Below, piece after piece: positions 1-12,237 of a stretch of 64,000 bases of DNA; within the stretch, counting starts at the first letter, position 1, and every line of letters begins with the position of its first letter. A model generated the notes under the pieces. The model had not been told where the DNA came from. It searched no databases and saw only the letters and a program-made list of their open reading frames with translations. The translations under genes and the position numbers were made by a program. The stretch comes from Octopus vulgaris (Eukaryota): contig OX597817.1 in assembly GCA_951406725.2 (NCBI GenBank), positions 120,218,001 to 120,282,000 of the forward strand. Direction: 5' to 3'.

Positions 1-760
1 TTCTACAAATATATCTGGAAGAGCATGTTCAACTTTTATTGTTTACTATATGCATGAGAATCATTCCTTGCATGGAAACTTCAATCCCATGATTACATGC
101 ATTATCACGTATATGAAAACTTATTCCTGGTAAAGAAAATGTGTGGGTAAATGAAGTTTTCGAAATATTCTTTATGCATATCATTATGAAACTCTCTCAG
201 AAATTAATACATCTGTGCTTGACAAAACCTCAATAATATTAAAAGTTTAGGCTGCTTGTTCATAAACAGTCTTAACTGTGGACTTACTACTTAAGGTTTA
301 GCAGTTGGTGCTAGTAGTGTGAAGATTAAGGTTAGATTCATCCACAAAAATTATTGATTTTTCCAGATGGAATAGTAGTTCTCAAATGCCAATTGAGAAA
401 TTCATATCAAGCAATGATAACTTTAGGTCATTTTCTATCCTCAGGCTGAAAAACCAGATTTTTACATATCAGCATGCAATCTAGCTAGGAGTTTTGGAAT
501 GTAATTGTTCCTCACAAGTAGTTTTTCTGGCAAATTCTATTTCATACCTTCATTTATCATTCACAAAAATAGGCTCACACCTTATCACCCTTTACAGTGT
601 ATCTAACATCTATGAGTATGTTTCTTCCTTTTCTACCTTTACATCTTCTAAAATAATTCTCTTTCCTATCGTGAAATTAATGTCTTTATGGATTGAGCAA
701 GATCCTTACAGTCTGATCAATAATCATAACAATCTGTCAGTTGACTGCAAGTGACACTGG
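1..760 (-). mobile_element. Decayed Tc1/IS630-like (DDE_3) transposase relic, running off the left edge
   Basis: Minus-strand translation gives SIIFVDESNLNLH (~319-357; first-Asp motif F-x-D-E-S) and HIRDNACNH (~89-115; second-Asp motif D-N-A-x-x-H) at the expected spacing. Many stops and frameshifts. Confidence 0.65.
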
Positions 761-1164
761 ACACTGGTAAACTTTTGTGCCGTTAGGCATTACAACAAAA
801 ATGCTGACACCTCATGAAATAAATATAAAGACAATATAAGAGTTTCCGTGTGTTTTTAAATAAGTAAACTAGCTCTTTAGCAATCTGACTGTTACAAAAA
901 TCACTTTTAAGAGAATATGTACTAGCTCTAAAACAAATAGTTACTACATACACTTGAGTAAAAAATCTGTTGTTGCATAAATAATGCACAACTTGTACTG
1001 TGACTGGAAGTAAAAAGAATTTTTTTTTTTCTGCTTTGTTTTGCTTTTAATGTAATAGTATTGTATTCTCTGCTTGATGAAGTCTTCCCTGCAACATTTT
1101 CTCTATGTGAAGATAGGCCGTGTATTGTTGGTCAATTAAAATCAAATTAAAATTTTGTTTAAGC

Positions 1165-1270
1165 AACATGTGCTCACTTTGAAATCACTGTTCTCAGTTT
1201 GAAGTAACATGCTCTCACTTTGAAATTACTGTTTCCATTTTGAAATGACACATCCTCAATTAGAATTGCA
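1165..1270. repeat. Degenerate ~20-bp tandem repeat, about 5 copies; possible subterminal repeat of the Tc1-like element
   Basis: Units tgctcactttgaaatcactg / ttctcagtttgaagtaacat / gctctcactttgaaattactg / tttccattttgaaatgacac. Confidence 0.55.
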
Positions 1271-2149
1271 AATAATAAATTGGGCCATTTAAAAGTATAT
1301 AAACTGATTTTTCTAATTTAGCTTTACAGTTTCATTATATTTAGAACGAAAAAAAGGAAAAATATTGCATAATAACAAAAACTGCTTTTCTGTTATTAAA
1401 TTTGACTAAAACATTTTCAAAAATTTAGAATTCATTTAATTATTAGAAATTTTAATATAACAATAATAGATTATATATTAGAAATGACAGAAAACAATTA
1501 TAATGAAATGTTTATGACTATATTGAAAATAATAAATACATTTTTACAGAACTGTAGATTTATTCAATTACAACTTTTTATCAACAGTTTAATCATATTA
1601 ACAAAACTAAGTTTTAAGATGTTTTGGAATATTTCGCAAAAAAAAGGGTTCTTGAGAATTAATATCTCAATTCAGTTTTCATTATAATGCTACATACATG
1701 ATTATTGAGGATTATAAATAAACAATTTAAAATATTTAATTAAGAGAAAATTGTTTAGATATTATTATTTGTTAACAAAGAAAATCTTACTTTTCACCAT
1801 GCAGTGTATTAAGCAAAATATTTTTAAAAAGGAAGTTTTACTCCAATATTGCACCATAATTATTTCATAAGGTGATCCAGAATATTAAAGATTTCACAAA
1901 ATAATTATATTAATATCACAAACATTTGCATAATCCTCCATAATTTGTGAGGATAAGCTATCAGCAAACTGCACCTTGTTTACGTAGATGGTATCAAATA
2001 TTTTAGGTACATTTTAGAGAAAAGTATAAAGAAAACTATTTGACTGAAACAAATTTCTGTAGTTTTTACATTATAACATAAAAATATTTAAGATTAATAT
2101 AAATTTATTTGAATGTTCAAAAAAAGAAACAATTGCATAATGGTATTGG

Positions 2150-2366
2150 CTGCAAATTTTGGCATAGAGCCAGTAATTTCAGAGGAGGTGGGGTTAGTCA
2201 AATACATTGATCCCAGTGCTCAAATGGTAATTTTTTTTTTATCACTCCTGAAAGTATGAAAGGCCAAGTCAGCCTCAGCAGAATTTGAACTCAGAACATA
2301 AGGATGGATGAAATGCCACTAAGCATTTTGCCCGGCATGCTCACAATTCTGCCACCTTGCTGCCTT
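2150..2366 (-). mobile_element. SINE family A (tRNA-like head, ~220 bp)
   Basis: Reverse complement aaggcagcaaggtggcagaattg...gttcaaattc (B-box-like)...gcctttcatactttcagg; homologous to copies at 7915, 44120, 45056 and 60464. Confidence 0.85.
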
Positions 2367-2803
2367 AATTAATATAATGATATTAAAAGTAGAATTGAAA
2401 TAAGTTATATATCATTTTTGAAAAGTTTCTGAAGAATTAAGCTTATGAGGAGCACATAAAGAAAGGAAAATAAAGTCTGAATTCCAAAAAATTCAAATTC
2501 TGTCCAGAATCTGATTCTGCTGCCATTAATTGTTACATCAATAATGATGCCTGCTTCTAGCTTTAAGCATAAATTACCATAAGGTTTTTTAGTATCTCTT
2601 ACAAATATCAAAAATAATGTTTAAACAGATAGTATTCATCATTCACATAAGTGGGTTTGGTCATGAATAACTGGATTTACTTACATTTTCTTTCATTTTT
2701 TTTAAAATTTACAAATGGTAAATATTTATTGATGCAAAAGAGTTTTAGATTCCTTTAATACAAAAAAGACAAAGCAAGTTTTAAAAGTGATTACATAGAC
2801 AAA

Positions 2804-2915
2804 GGCATGGCTGGCTATGTAGTTGAGAATCTTGTTATGCAACCACAGGGTTTCAAGTTTAGTTCTACTACAGAGCATTGGGCAAGTGTCATGTACTATA
2901 GCTCCAAGTAGACCA
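2804..2915 (+). mobile_element. Old truncated CORE-type SINE (family B)
   Basis: ggcatggct...accacagggtttcaagtttagtt...ttgggcaagtgtcatgtactatagc aligns with the 5' part of the copies at 3905 and 4301. Confidence 0.7.
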
Positions 2916-3360
2916 GGTCATGTGGAATCAGAGTGAAGCTGCTTCAAGAAATAATTTATACATGTTTATTTAAGTGGCAGATATCTAAATAAATAGTGAA
3001 GATTGAATATGTCTATACATTGAAAAGACTAGTTTACAAGCTACCTATATTCACTCTATATATGCAGCATTCATTTATCTCTATGCTTCTATTTAACATT
3101 TATTATTATGTTTTAGATTTTCTTACATCATAAGTAAAATTTGACATAATGGGTAACATCTAAAGGTAGTCATTACTTCATGAAGCTTTAATATACAAGG
3201 TTTTCCTATAAACTTCAAATAATATAATTATTAAAGTAGAAAAAAAAAATTACTGCATTTTATTTTTTCTTCCTAATTTAAACACTTCCCAATTGTAATA
3301 GAAATGTAGTATAATCTAAACAACATAACCCAAGAGTAAAATTAAGTGAAAGCCAAACTT

Positions 3361-3432
3361 TAATAATGATGATAATAATAATAATAATATTAATAATAAT
3401 AATAATATTAATAATGATAATAATAATAATAA
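3361..3432. repeat. (AAT)n microsatellite
   Basis: Direct inspection. Confidence 0.95.
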
Positions 3433-3739
3433 ATCCTCTGAAGAATTCGACTGGAAGTGCCATTATTCATGAAGTCACTTGTATACTAATATAACAGAAA
3501 TATAAAACTACAACAACATCTAATAGGAACTTGAGAATATATGAACTTGAATGACTGCTAAAATACTGAAGTTTATGGGAAATGATGAGAAGAAAACAGT
3601 AATTTCAACAATCACATGTAAGATATGTGTGTGTATGATGAATAGTATACTATTGGATAAATATCAGCAAAATAAATTAGTTCCACTACATTTAGTTTCA
3701 TTACATATAACATGGACCACTTTCTCAAACTATTTGTAA

Positions 3740-3839
3740 ATATACACACATACACATACATGCATACACACACATATATACACATATACACACACACATA
3801 TGCATACATATAGATACATATATATACATATACAAACAT

Positions 3840-3884
<45 letters not shown>

Positions 3885-3903
3885 CACATCCATATACATA
3901 TAT
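3740..3903. repeat. Compound (CA/TA)n microsatellite
   Basis: Direct inspection; source of the spurious YI/VC-repeat ORFs. Confidence 0.95.
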
Positions 3904-3904
3904 A

Positions 3905-4300
3905 GGCACAGGCATGGCTGTGTGATAAGAAGCTTGCTTCCCAACCACATAGTTCCAGGTTCAGTCTTACTACATGGCAACTTGGACAAGTCTTTGCTAC
4001 TATAACATCAAGCCAACCAAAGCCTTGTGAGTAGATTTGTCAGATAGAAATGGAATAGAGCCCATCGTGTATGTGCATGTGTCTATGTGTGTTTGTCCCC
4101 AACACTGCTTGACAACTGGTATTGGTATGTTTCATTTCCCATAACTTAGATGTTTGGTGAAATAGACTGATAGAATAAACACCAGGCTTAAAAAGAATAT
4201 AAGTAGTGGGGTCATTTCATTGAAATAAAAGAAATTCTTCAAGGCAGTATCACAGCATGGCTGCAGTCTAATAACTGAAACAAATAAAAGATAAAAGATA
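3905..4300 (+). mobile_element. CORE-type tRNA SINE (family B), full length
   Basis: Head ggcatggctgtgtgataag...ggttcagtc, CORE-like ggcaacttggacaagtc, internal (TG)n, tail actgaaacaaataaaagataaaaga. Confidence 0.85.
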
Positions 4301-4684
4301 GGTGTGGCTGTGTGGTAAGAAGATTGCTTCCCAAACACATGGTTCTAGGTTCCATCCCATTGCATGGCACCTTGGGCAAGTGTCTTCTACTATAGCCTCA
4401 TATCAACCAAAGCCTTGTGAGTGGATTTGGTAGACGGAAACTGAAAGAAGCCTGTTTTATATATATATATATATTTATATATGTATATATTTATGTATGT
4501 CTGTGTTTGTCCCTCCCCTGATATCACTTAACAAATGATGGTGAAGTGTTTATGTTATGTAACTTTGCAGTTTGGCAAAAGAAACTGATAGAATAATTGC
4601 TGAGGTTGATTTCTTCGACTATAACTCTTTAGGGTGGTGCTCCAGCATGGCTGCAGTCAAATGACTGAAACAAATAAAAGAATA
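4301..4684 (+). mobile_element. CORE-type tRNA SINE (family B), tandem second copy
   Basis: ggtgtggctgtgtggtaagaag...ggcaccttgggcaagtgtcttctactatagcc (MIR/CORE-like motif)...actgaaacaaataaaaga. Confidence 0.88.
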
Positions 4685-4693
4685 CATATGCTT

Positions 4694-4759
<66 letters not shown>

Positions 4760-6875
4760 CCATATAAATTAGATCGTGATAAAATTAAAGTGGTTAGCAA
4801 TAATTCTAAGCATCAAAGTAGTTGAACTGAATTTTTATCTTATACAACCCATTGTCATATTTTGTATGGAAATTTTAATTCAGTTAAAGTATCTCAAATT
4901 AATTTTAACCTAATGTAAATTAATACTAGAGAAATTTACCTTAAGACAGAACTCAAATATTCTAAACTGTCATCATTCACATCCTTTTTTACTTGTCAAA
5001 CATTATCTAATTATAATTGATATTTAAATGAATGATAACTTAAGAAACCATCACACTACCTTAAATATTGGTATTTAAGATTAGAAAATTCAGCTCTGAA
5101 GAGCTAAAATATATATAAACATTGTATTAGATTTGGAAGTTATGTTTAATATATCTGAAAATTTATGAAATATGATGAACTGTCAAATTTCAAATTCCTT
5201 TATTCTTGATTAAAATTATTTCTTTTAATCTTTTCAGTAAATCATATCACATCTGAATTACAGTGGTCTAAGGAGAAATGAATTAGATAACCATTAGAAA
5301 TCAGAGAAAGTGAATATAAATTATTCTTGATAAAGAAAACTGTACCAGGATATTTTTTTCTGCAGATACCCGTAAAGTAGAATGTAATAAGCCACAATGC
5401 ACACAGAACAAATCAGTTCTTTTTTTTTTTTAACTTGCCAGTTAGAAATTGTAAAAGGACAAAAAGATAAAATGAGACATAAAAGTAATTAAGCATAAAA
5501 AGAAAACAAAATATGTATTAAGATTTTGGAAAAGAACACAATTTATTGACCACTTCAGCCACTTAGTTCCATGATGTCAGATATTTGATATGCTAAAACT
5601 GGAGATTTCCTAATATGTTGAACCTTTTTAAATAATGTTTTTACTTGTGTCTGATTAATGGTTACTTTAGAAATATCTCTTTTAAAATTGCTTAGGCTCA
5701 CTGTTTCTTGTTAACCAACCAAAATAAATGCTAAGTATTTTTGACACTAGGATAGTGACAGTTTTAGAAAACAATCTATGAAGTCAAGTAGTGACGGAGA
5801 AATTGACAAGACATTTTGAAAAATATCCTCCAGATATTCCAGTTCCATAAAGGAAAATTAAGTAAACCAATCGCTCTATAAACAGTAAAAATAATACATT
5901 AGCAAGCTTCCAATGAGATCAAACATCTAATGTACATTTTAGATAAGAAACCAACTGATCACTGATGAATAAGAAAAAGTAGCTGATTGATAAATGTACA
6001 TTAAGCATTTCCTTTTTTCTGAACCTAATGCATTAGAAACATAGCAAAGCTTTAAAAAAGGATAAAAACATTTACTTTGCATTTATGAGTTTATCACTGA
6101 GGGAGCGTTAACTAATGACTTTGATATTTGAAACAAGTTTTTATGCCTTATTTTTTAAAAATTTGTTGCACACATAAATAAGATAGCCAGAGTAAAGGAG
6201 GACTTATAATTTCTAAGAAAAGGGTCCTAGCACGAAAAGTGTTATAAGCTTCTTTATTAATGATAATTGCAATAACAACGATTTAAAACATAAATCCATT
6301 TAGTCAATAATGCATGAAAGAAACAGAAAATGAGTTTGCTGACAAAAGGGTGAGTCTCTCATTGACAAGAAATGAAGCATGTAACAGTTATGATACTATA
6401 TAACAGTATAAGTAAAGCAAACCAAATGATAGAAAGATGATAGTGTATTATAATACAGCATGGACAAACAGCCTTAGAAAACAGTATATTAGAAGGCAAT
6501 CTTAAACTGAGAATATGAAATGAAATATATATGTTTTATACAATAATAATTAAATTCATAATTTTCTTTTTATTTAAAAAGAGCAAAAGTAATGGTTTTC
6601 AGCAATGAAATATCTCAAGGTATCCAGATTTTGAAAACAGATGAAAAATAGTAACATTTTTTTTTTCTATTTTAGTTATCAAAATCTCAAACACTGAGAT
6701 TTCATATAAATCTTATTCCCAGCAATATCAAAACTAAATCAGACTGTAGATAAAACACTATACATTTCTGTGAGATTTAAATTTACTGATAATTTAGTTA
6801 TTATGAAATGTGTAAATTCGATATGACAATAGTAAGTGTAACATATAATATCTCACTTATAATATTACAGTAATG

Positions 6876-7125
6876 ATATGTTGTTGTGTCTGGGGAGAGT
6901 CATTTTCTTTTTGTGCCTTATAATTTAACACACTCACCAGTAAAATTTCCAATTATTTCTCATTTCTATCTTCCTACAATTTTTGTTGCGTCTTGCAACA
7001 TTTTCAATAGTCAACGAAAATTTTAGGAAAATAAAGATAAGAAATAAGTGGAAATTTTACTGGTGAGTGTGTTAAATTATAAGGCACAAAAAGAAAATGA
7101 CTCTCCACAGACACAACAGAATATG
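6876..7125. mobile_element. Palindromic MITE / foldback, ~105-bp arms with ~23-nt loop
   Basis: 6883-6988 is the reverse complement of 7012-7117, including a perfect stretch ggagagtcattttctttttgtgccttataatttaacacactcaccagtaaaatttcca. Confidence 0.9.
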
Positions 7126-7826
7126 CTTCAATACACGACCTCACATAAAGAATCTTGCAAACCAAATCCAAAAACGAAAAGTAATGATATGATTTCATTA
7201 CTAATCTATGGTACTTTATATAAACTTAAAATAAAACCTAATTTAAAATACAGAAATAAATATATACTCCATAAAGCAGAATGTTTTCACAAGACAAGAA
7301 TATTAAATTCTTAATGTCACTGGTAAATAATACAAAATTAAATTAAATATATTGTGAGAGAACATGTTAGATTACATACATTCAAAAATATCATACACAT
7401 GATACATGAATAACTGAGTTTTTACAAATGTGGGCTCCATTTTTTTGATCAACAGAACACTTCACCCATTCTATTGTGGGTAGACTAGATGAGTATTCCA
7501 CAGACATTTGTATAACCTTAATTTAATACTAATGGTAAAAATAGACATGATACAATGTGTGAAAAAATTAACCCATTGAATTACAAATGCACCTCATCTG
7601 CTATACTTCTACACAGTTTCATTGGCTTAGGAACCAAGGTTGCAAGTACAACTCCTAAAACTTGGTGGGGGTGGGGTAGTGGTGGTGGAGTGGGGCAATG
7701 AAAATGCTTTGAACATACTTCTGAAAATCTGCATCTCCAAAACAAACAAGGATAGTAACATTTTTGGACTGATTTGAAACATTAATTTTCCATTACTGGA
7801 TTTATCTAATTTGATAGATGTAAAAA

Positions 7827-7857
7827 TATAATGATAATAATAATAATAATAATAATA

Positions 7858-7896
<39 letters not shown>

Positions 7897-7902
7897 GTTA
7901 TT
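7827..7902. repeat. (AAT)n directly followed by (ATT)n, a self-complementary microsatellite
   Basis: aataataataataatt|attattattatt switch at ~7859. Confidence 0.95.
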
Positions 7903-7914
7903 GTACCTGTGTCT

Positions 7915-8135
7915 AAGGTGGCAAGTTGGTGGAATCGTTAGCATGCTGGATGAAATGCTTAGTGGTATTTTGTCTGTCACTATGTTCTGAGTTCAAATTT
8001 TGCTGAGGTTGACTTTGCTTTTCATCCTTTCAGGGTCAACAAAATAAGTACCACTTCAATACTGGGGTTAATGTAATCAACTAGCCCCATCTCCACAAAT
8101 TTCAGGCCCTGTGCCTATAGTAGAAAAGATTATTA
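7915..8135 (+). mobile_element. SINE family A with 11-bp TSD
   Basis: Homologous to the other family A copies; TSD tacctgtgtct at 7904-7914 and 8136-8146; short (ATT) tail. Confidence 0.92.
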
Positions 8136-9204
8136 TACCTGTGTCTGTTTTGATATTAAGATTGAAAAAAAATTGTCTTGTTTGTAAAAACAATTAGGGA
8201 CCAGGATTTGAACCCACTAAACAAATTTCATTCCTGCACTAGTGCGTAGTTTTCATGTCCTGATTTCTTTAATGAGATTCTATAAAGTGCAAACAAAGCC
8301 AGAAACTGATGAGTGCAATGTAAACTTTTTAAACATCTGACCATGCTTGCACTTGATAGAAAGGAATATTGAGCTATACACACACACACACACACACAAA
8401 CATACACAGACACATATTTTATTTCAGTTTATTATCTAATTCATTTTACTACTTGTGAATTTAATCATTACAGTTCAATTATTTTAGTCACCGTCTAAGC
8501 TCTTTAGAATTTTTAACTTCAACATTTTTCAAGGAGCATGTTTACAGATCTGTCAATATTTACAAAAATTGATATAGAAAATGGCACATAAAATGACAAC
8601 CATATTATGTGTGACAATATGTTGGCCAGAGATAAGTAATAGGAAGCCATTTTCAAATTTAATTTAATAATGTTATAGATTATTATTTCTATCAAACTAT
8701 ATATTTTTGAAAGAAAATCTATATCAAACCAATTCCATACAAATTACCTTAAACAGCTCAAGTACATCATAAATAAGTAAATCAGCCACATTGATATTTT
8801 AGAATTGAACAGAACTAATTAAATACAAATTAAAACCATACTGCAACTATTTATCATAGACTCAAGCTAACAGAAAAGCAAATTCTGATACAGCTGTTAT
8901 TGATGATATTGATAATTGTGAATATGACGATGGTGGTGATAATGATTCAATAATGATAATCATAATACTGGTTGGATGTGATAATGAAAGAGCATCCTCT
9001 ATCTGTGGTCACAACTCTTGGTAGTCAAAAGGTGGCTCATTTGGAAAACAAGAATTTTATAGATCAACAATTAGCCATTCCAAACAATTTAGCTATTCTG
9101 AAATATTTTGCTTAATTAATACTTTTCTATTTCCAGTTTCAGTAACTATTTATCCCCATTGAATGAAAGCTTTATGATAAGCATTATCATCCATTCTCTT
9201 AAAC

Positions 9205-9207
<3 letters not shown>

Positions 9208-9275
<68 letters not shown>
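9208..9275. repeat. (CT)n(AT)n microsatellite
   Basis: Direct inspection. Confidence 0.95.
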
Positions 9276-9277
<2 letters not shown>

Positions 9278-10094
9278 TTCCCTCTCATAATAACAGATGC
9301 TTGTGAACCTCAGTCATTTCTTTTAGTTTATCTAAAATCAATCCATCTAAACAGAGGAAAAATTTGCTTAACCTTCAAATGATTATTTTTCATGTATGAA
9401 AACAGACATGATAAGGGTGTTTTCCAAACACTTCTTTTAAAGTCTGACACAAAAAAAAAAAAAAAGAGAAATAAGAAATATTGCAAGGTATTTTAAAAAC
9501 ATTTGATGCAGAAATTATGGCTTCACAATGTATTGAATTTCAATGTTTTTCTATTTCGCGTGACTTCTTCCTATTAATTAATAAATGTGTAATCTTTATT
9601 AAACCTAATTGTATAGGATGCTCTGTAAATGCCTGATTTAAGATAGCTTTAATGAACATAGCAACAACATTTCTTGAAAATTCTTAATATAAATCTTCCT
9701 TACTGATGGCCAGTCTTATTGAAAACATATGCAATCAATTTTCCAATAGACTAGTCAAACAGTGACCCTTTTATATAACTAAACAACATTTCTGCTATAT
9801 TAACACTGGAAAACAAAGTCAAGGTTAACAGCACTAATTAGTGCCACTTTAATACACAGCTTGAAAGGTTTAACACCGCTAACTCACTGGAAAAATATAT
9901 AGCCTAATTATAGTTAAAGGAAAGCCTGTCAGGGAATTAATTTATAGATGTTCATGCCAGAAATGAGGTATAAGTGTATTCAAAGACCCAGTCTTTACAG
10001 ACATAATAATGTCAATAATGATAAAATAAACTTAAATTATAGGAAAATTATGTAACTTGTTCCATTTGCCATCTTTTAAAACTTTGACAGGAGT

Positions 10095-10470
10095 AGGCAT
10101 GACGGTGATAAGAAGTTTGCATGTCAACCACATGGCTCCAGGATCAGTCCCATTGCATGGCACCTGGAACAAGTGTGTTCCACTATAGCCCTGGACCAAC
10201 CATAGCTTTGTGAGTGGATTTGTTAATCAGAAACTGAAAGAAGCCCATCATCATGTGTGTGAGTGTGTTTGTCTCTGACCACTACTTGACGACTTGTGTC
10301 AGTTTGTTTATGTTCCTAGAATTTAGTAGTTCAGCAAAAGAGACCAACAGTATAAGTACCAGGCTTAAAATTAAAATAAGTATTGGGGCCAATTTTTTGT
10401 GACGAAACCTTAAAAGGTGGTGCTCCAGCATGGTTGCAACTCAATGAATGATACAAATAAAAGATAGATA
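10095..10470 (+). mobile_element. CORE-type tRNA SINE (family B)
   Basis: Colinear with the 3905 and 4301 copies along its whole length, ending gatacaaataaaagata. Confidence 0.85.
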
Positions 10471-11321
10471 TATTTAGGACATCTAACTATTCATAAATTA
10501 TTTTTAGTAGGTAGTACTCTTTTTCTAGTTAGTTTTTCCTGAACTGGACTTCTGCTACTCAACAACTGATCAAATGATTTAATTAATTATTTGCATTTCA
10601 AGCAACAAGCATACATTTATTTTTAAAAAATCAAATACTGAGCTAAGAGTTAGGACTTTAAGCATGAGATCTACATTTTAAAATGAGTGGATGTTTGTTG
10701 AAGGGGATATAAATACATCAATGAGTAGAGTATGCATTGATGTATAAACAGCCCTGTTCTTCCATATTGGTTATGAGTCAATATTTGGAAAGCATTATAT
10801 TGTCAATGATACAAAAACATCCGATATTTCAATTAAATGTAAAAATTTTCTGCTGACAAAAACACAACACAGTACAGTGGAAATTATAAAAACCAAGAAG
10901 GAAGTATTTGGGAAACAATATGAAGACTATAAATCTCAATTAATACTACATTTAATCTGTTCTGAGTTAAAACTTGTGTCAAAAGAACGTGCAGCTTTTA
11001 ATCTCATGCTTAAAATATGAATTCAAGAGATACTGATGATACATACAAGACTATATTTTTGAATTTAGAAAGATGAATAAAGAAAAATAATTAACAAAAT
11101 GAAACATAAAGTAAAGCATCTCACAAACAAATGGGAAATTTGTTCAGTAATGTTGGAAGAAAGTTTACATTTCAAAAGGTAAAACAAACCAATCAATGAA
11201 AATTATTTTTATACAAACAGCCATCTGCACATATATATGTTTATCGGTGTATATCTATGTCTGTACCTGTGTATATATACACACATGTACACAAACATAC
11301 ACCTGAATATAAATGTGCATA

Positions 11322-11380
<59 letters not shown>

Positions 11381-11721
11381 CACTAAGTATATGTGTGTAC
11401 ATACATATACATACACATGTACACACAAATACAAACACAGATGGAAACAGGCACAGGAAAACCACACAGACACATGTCAATCCAATAATTGCATGAATGC
11501 CTATATAAATATAATTAAACATTAATGTTGAAAAATAAAAAAAAACATGCATTTACAAAATAAACAAGATATATAAAATAAACAAAATATACCTATATTT
11601 TCATAATAGATGTGATAGCTTATATAGTTAGTTATAAAATATGCAGGAAAGGGAATTAACTAGAATGATAAAACTGTGTTAAAGTTTGGTTAAACCAATC
11701 CTAATATTTATTCATCTTAAT

Positions 11722-11915
11722 TATCATCATCATCATCTTCCTCATCATGATTATCATCATTTATCATCCATGTTTTATGATGGCTAGTTTGACAGGATCT
11801 AGTGGCTCCAAGGACAGTGTTGTGCTCCAGTTTTTGCCTGGTTTCTATGGCTGGATGCTTTTCCTGATGCCAACCACTTTACAACATGTACTGGGAGCTT
11901 TTTTTCCCAAGCACC
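11722..11915 (-). mobile_element. RTE-type 3' end fragment with (TGA)n tail
   Basis: catcatcat... followed by tttctatggctggatgcttttcctgatgccaaccac, matching 37119-37154 of the RTE 3' UTR. Confidence 0.75.
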
Positions 11916-12237
11916 AGTTAGGTTGCCATACAGCTAAAAAACAAAAACTATGAACACCGACGGGTTGCTTTATGCTTGTAGATGAAGTGTTAAAGTATGA
12001 AAGAAGGTGGTGAGCAGGTTGTTCATAGTGGATGAGTTACAAGGCTACTTGTAATTAGAAGAACAGATGAAAATGATCAGGTGGATCTTGCAAAGAGATA
12101 AATAATGGTGATGAGGTATCTAAATGGTCCATTCTATGAAGGAGAGGATGATAAATTTATATCTCCACTACTTCCTTTAGAGAAGAGAAAAGAGTTTAAA
12201 TGAGTGCAATTCATAATAATTGAATGAGAGGTTGACA

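Noticed and set aside
1165-1270. Short periodic repeats as CRISPR
   Set aside because: No unique spacers, degenerate units, no cas genes, eukaryotic context.
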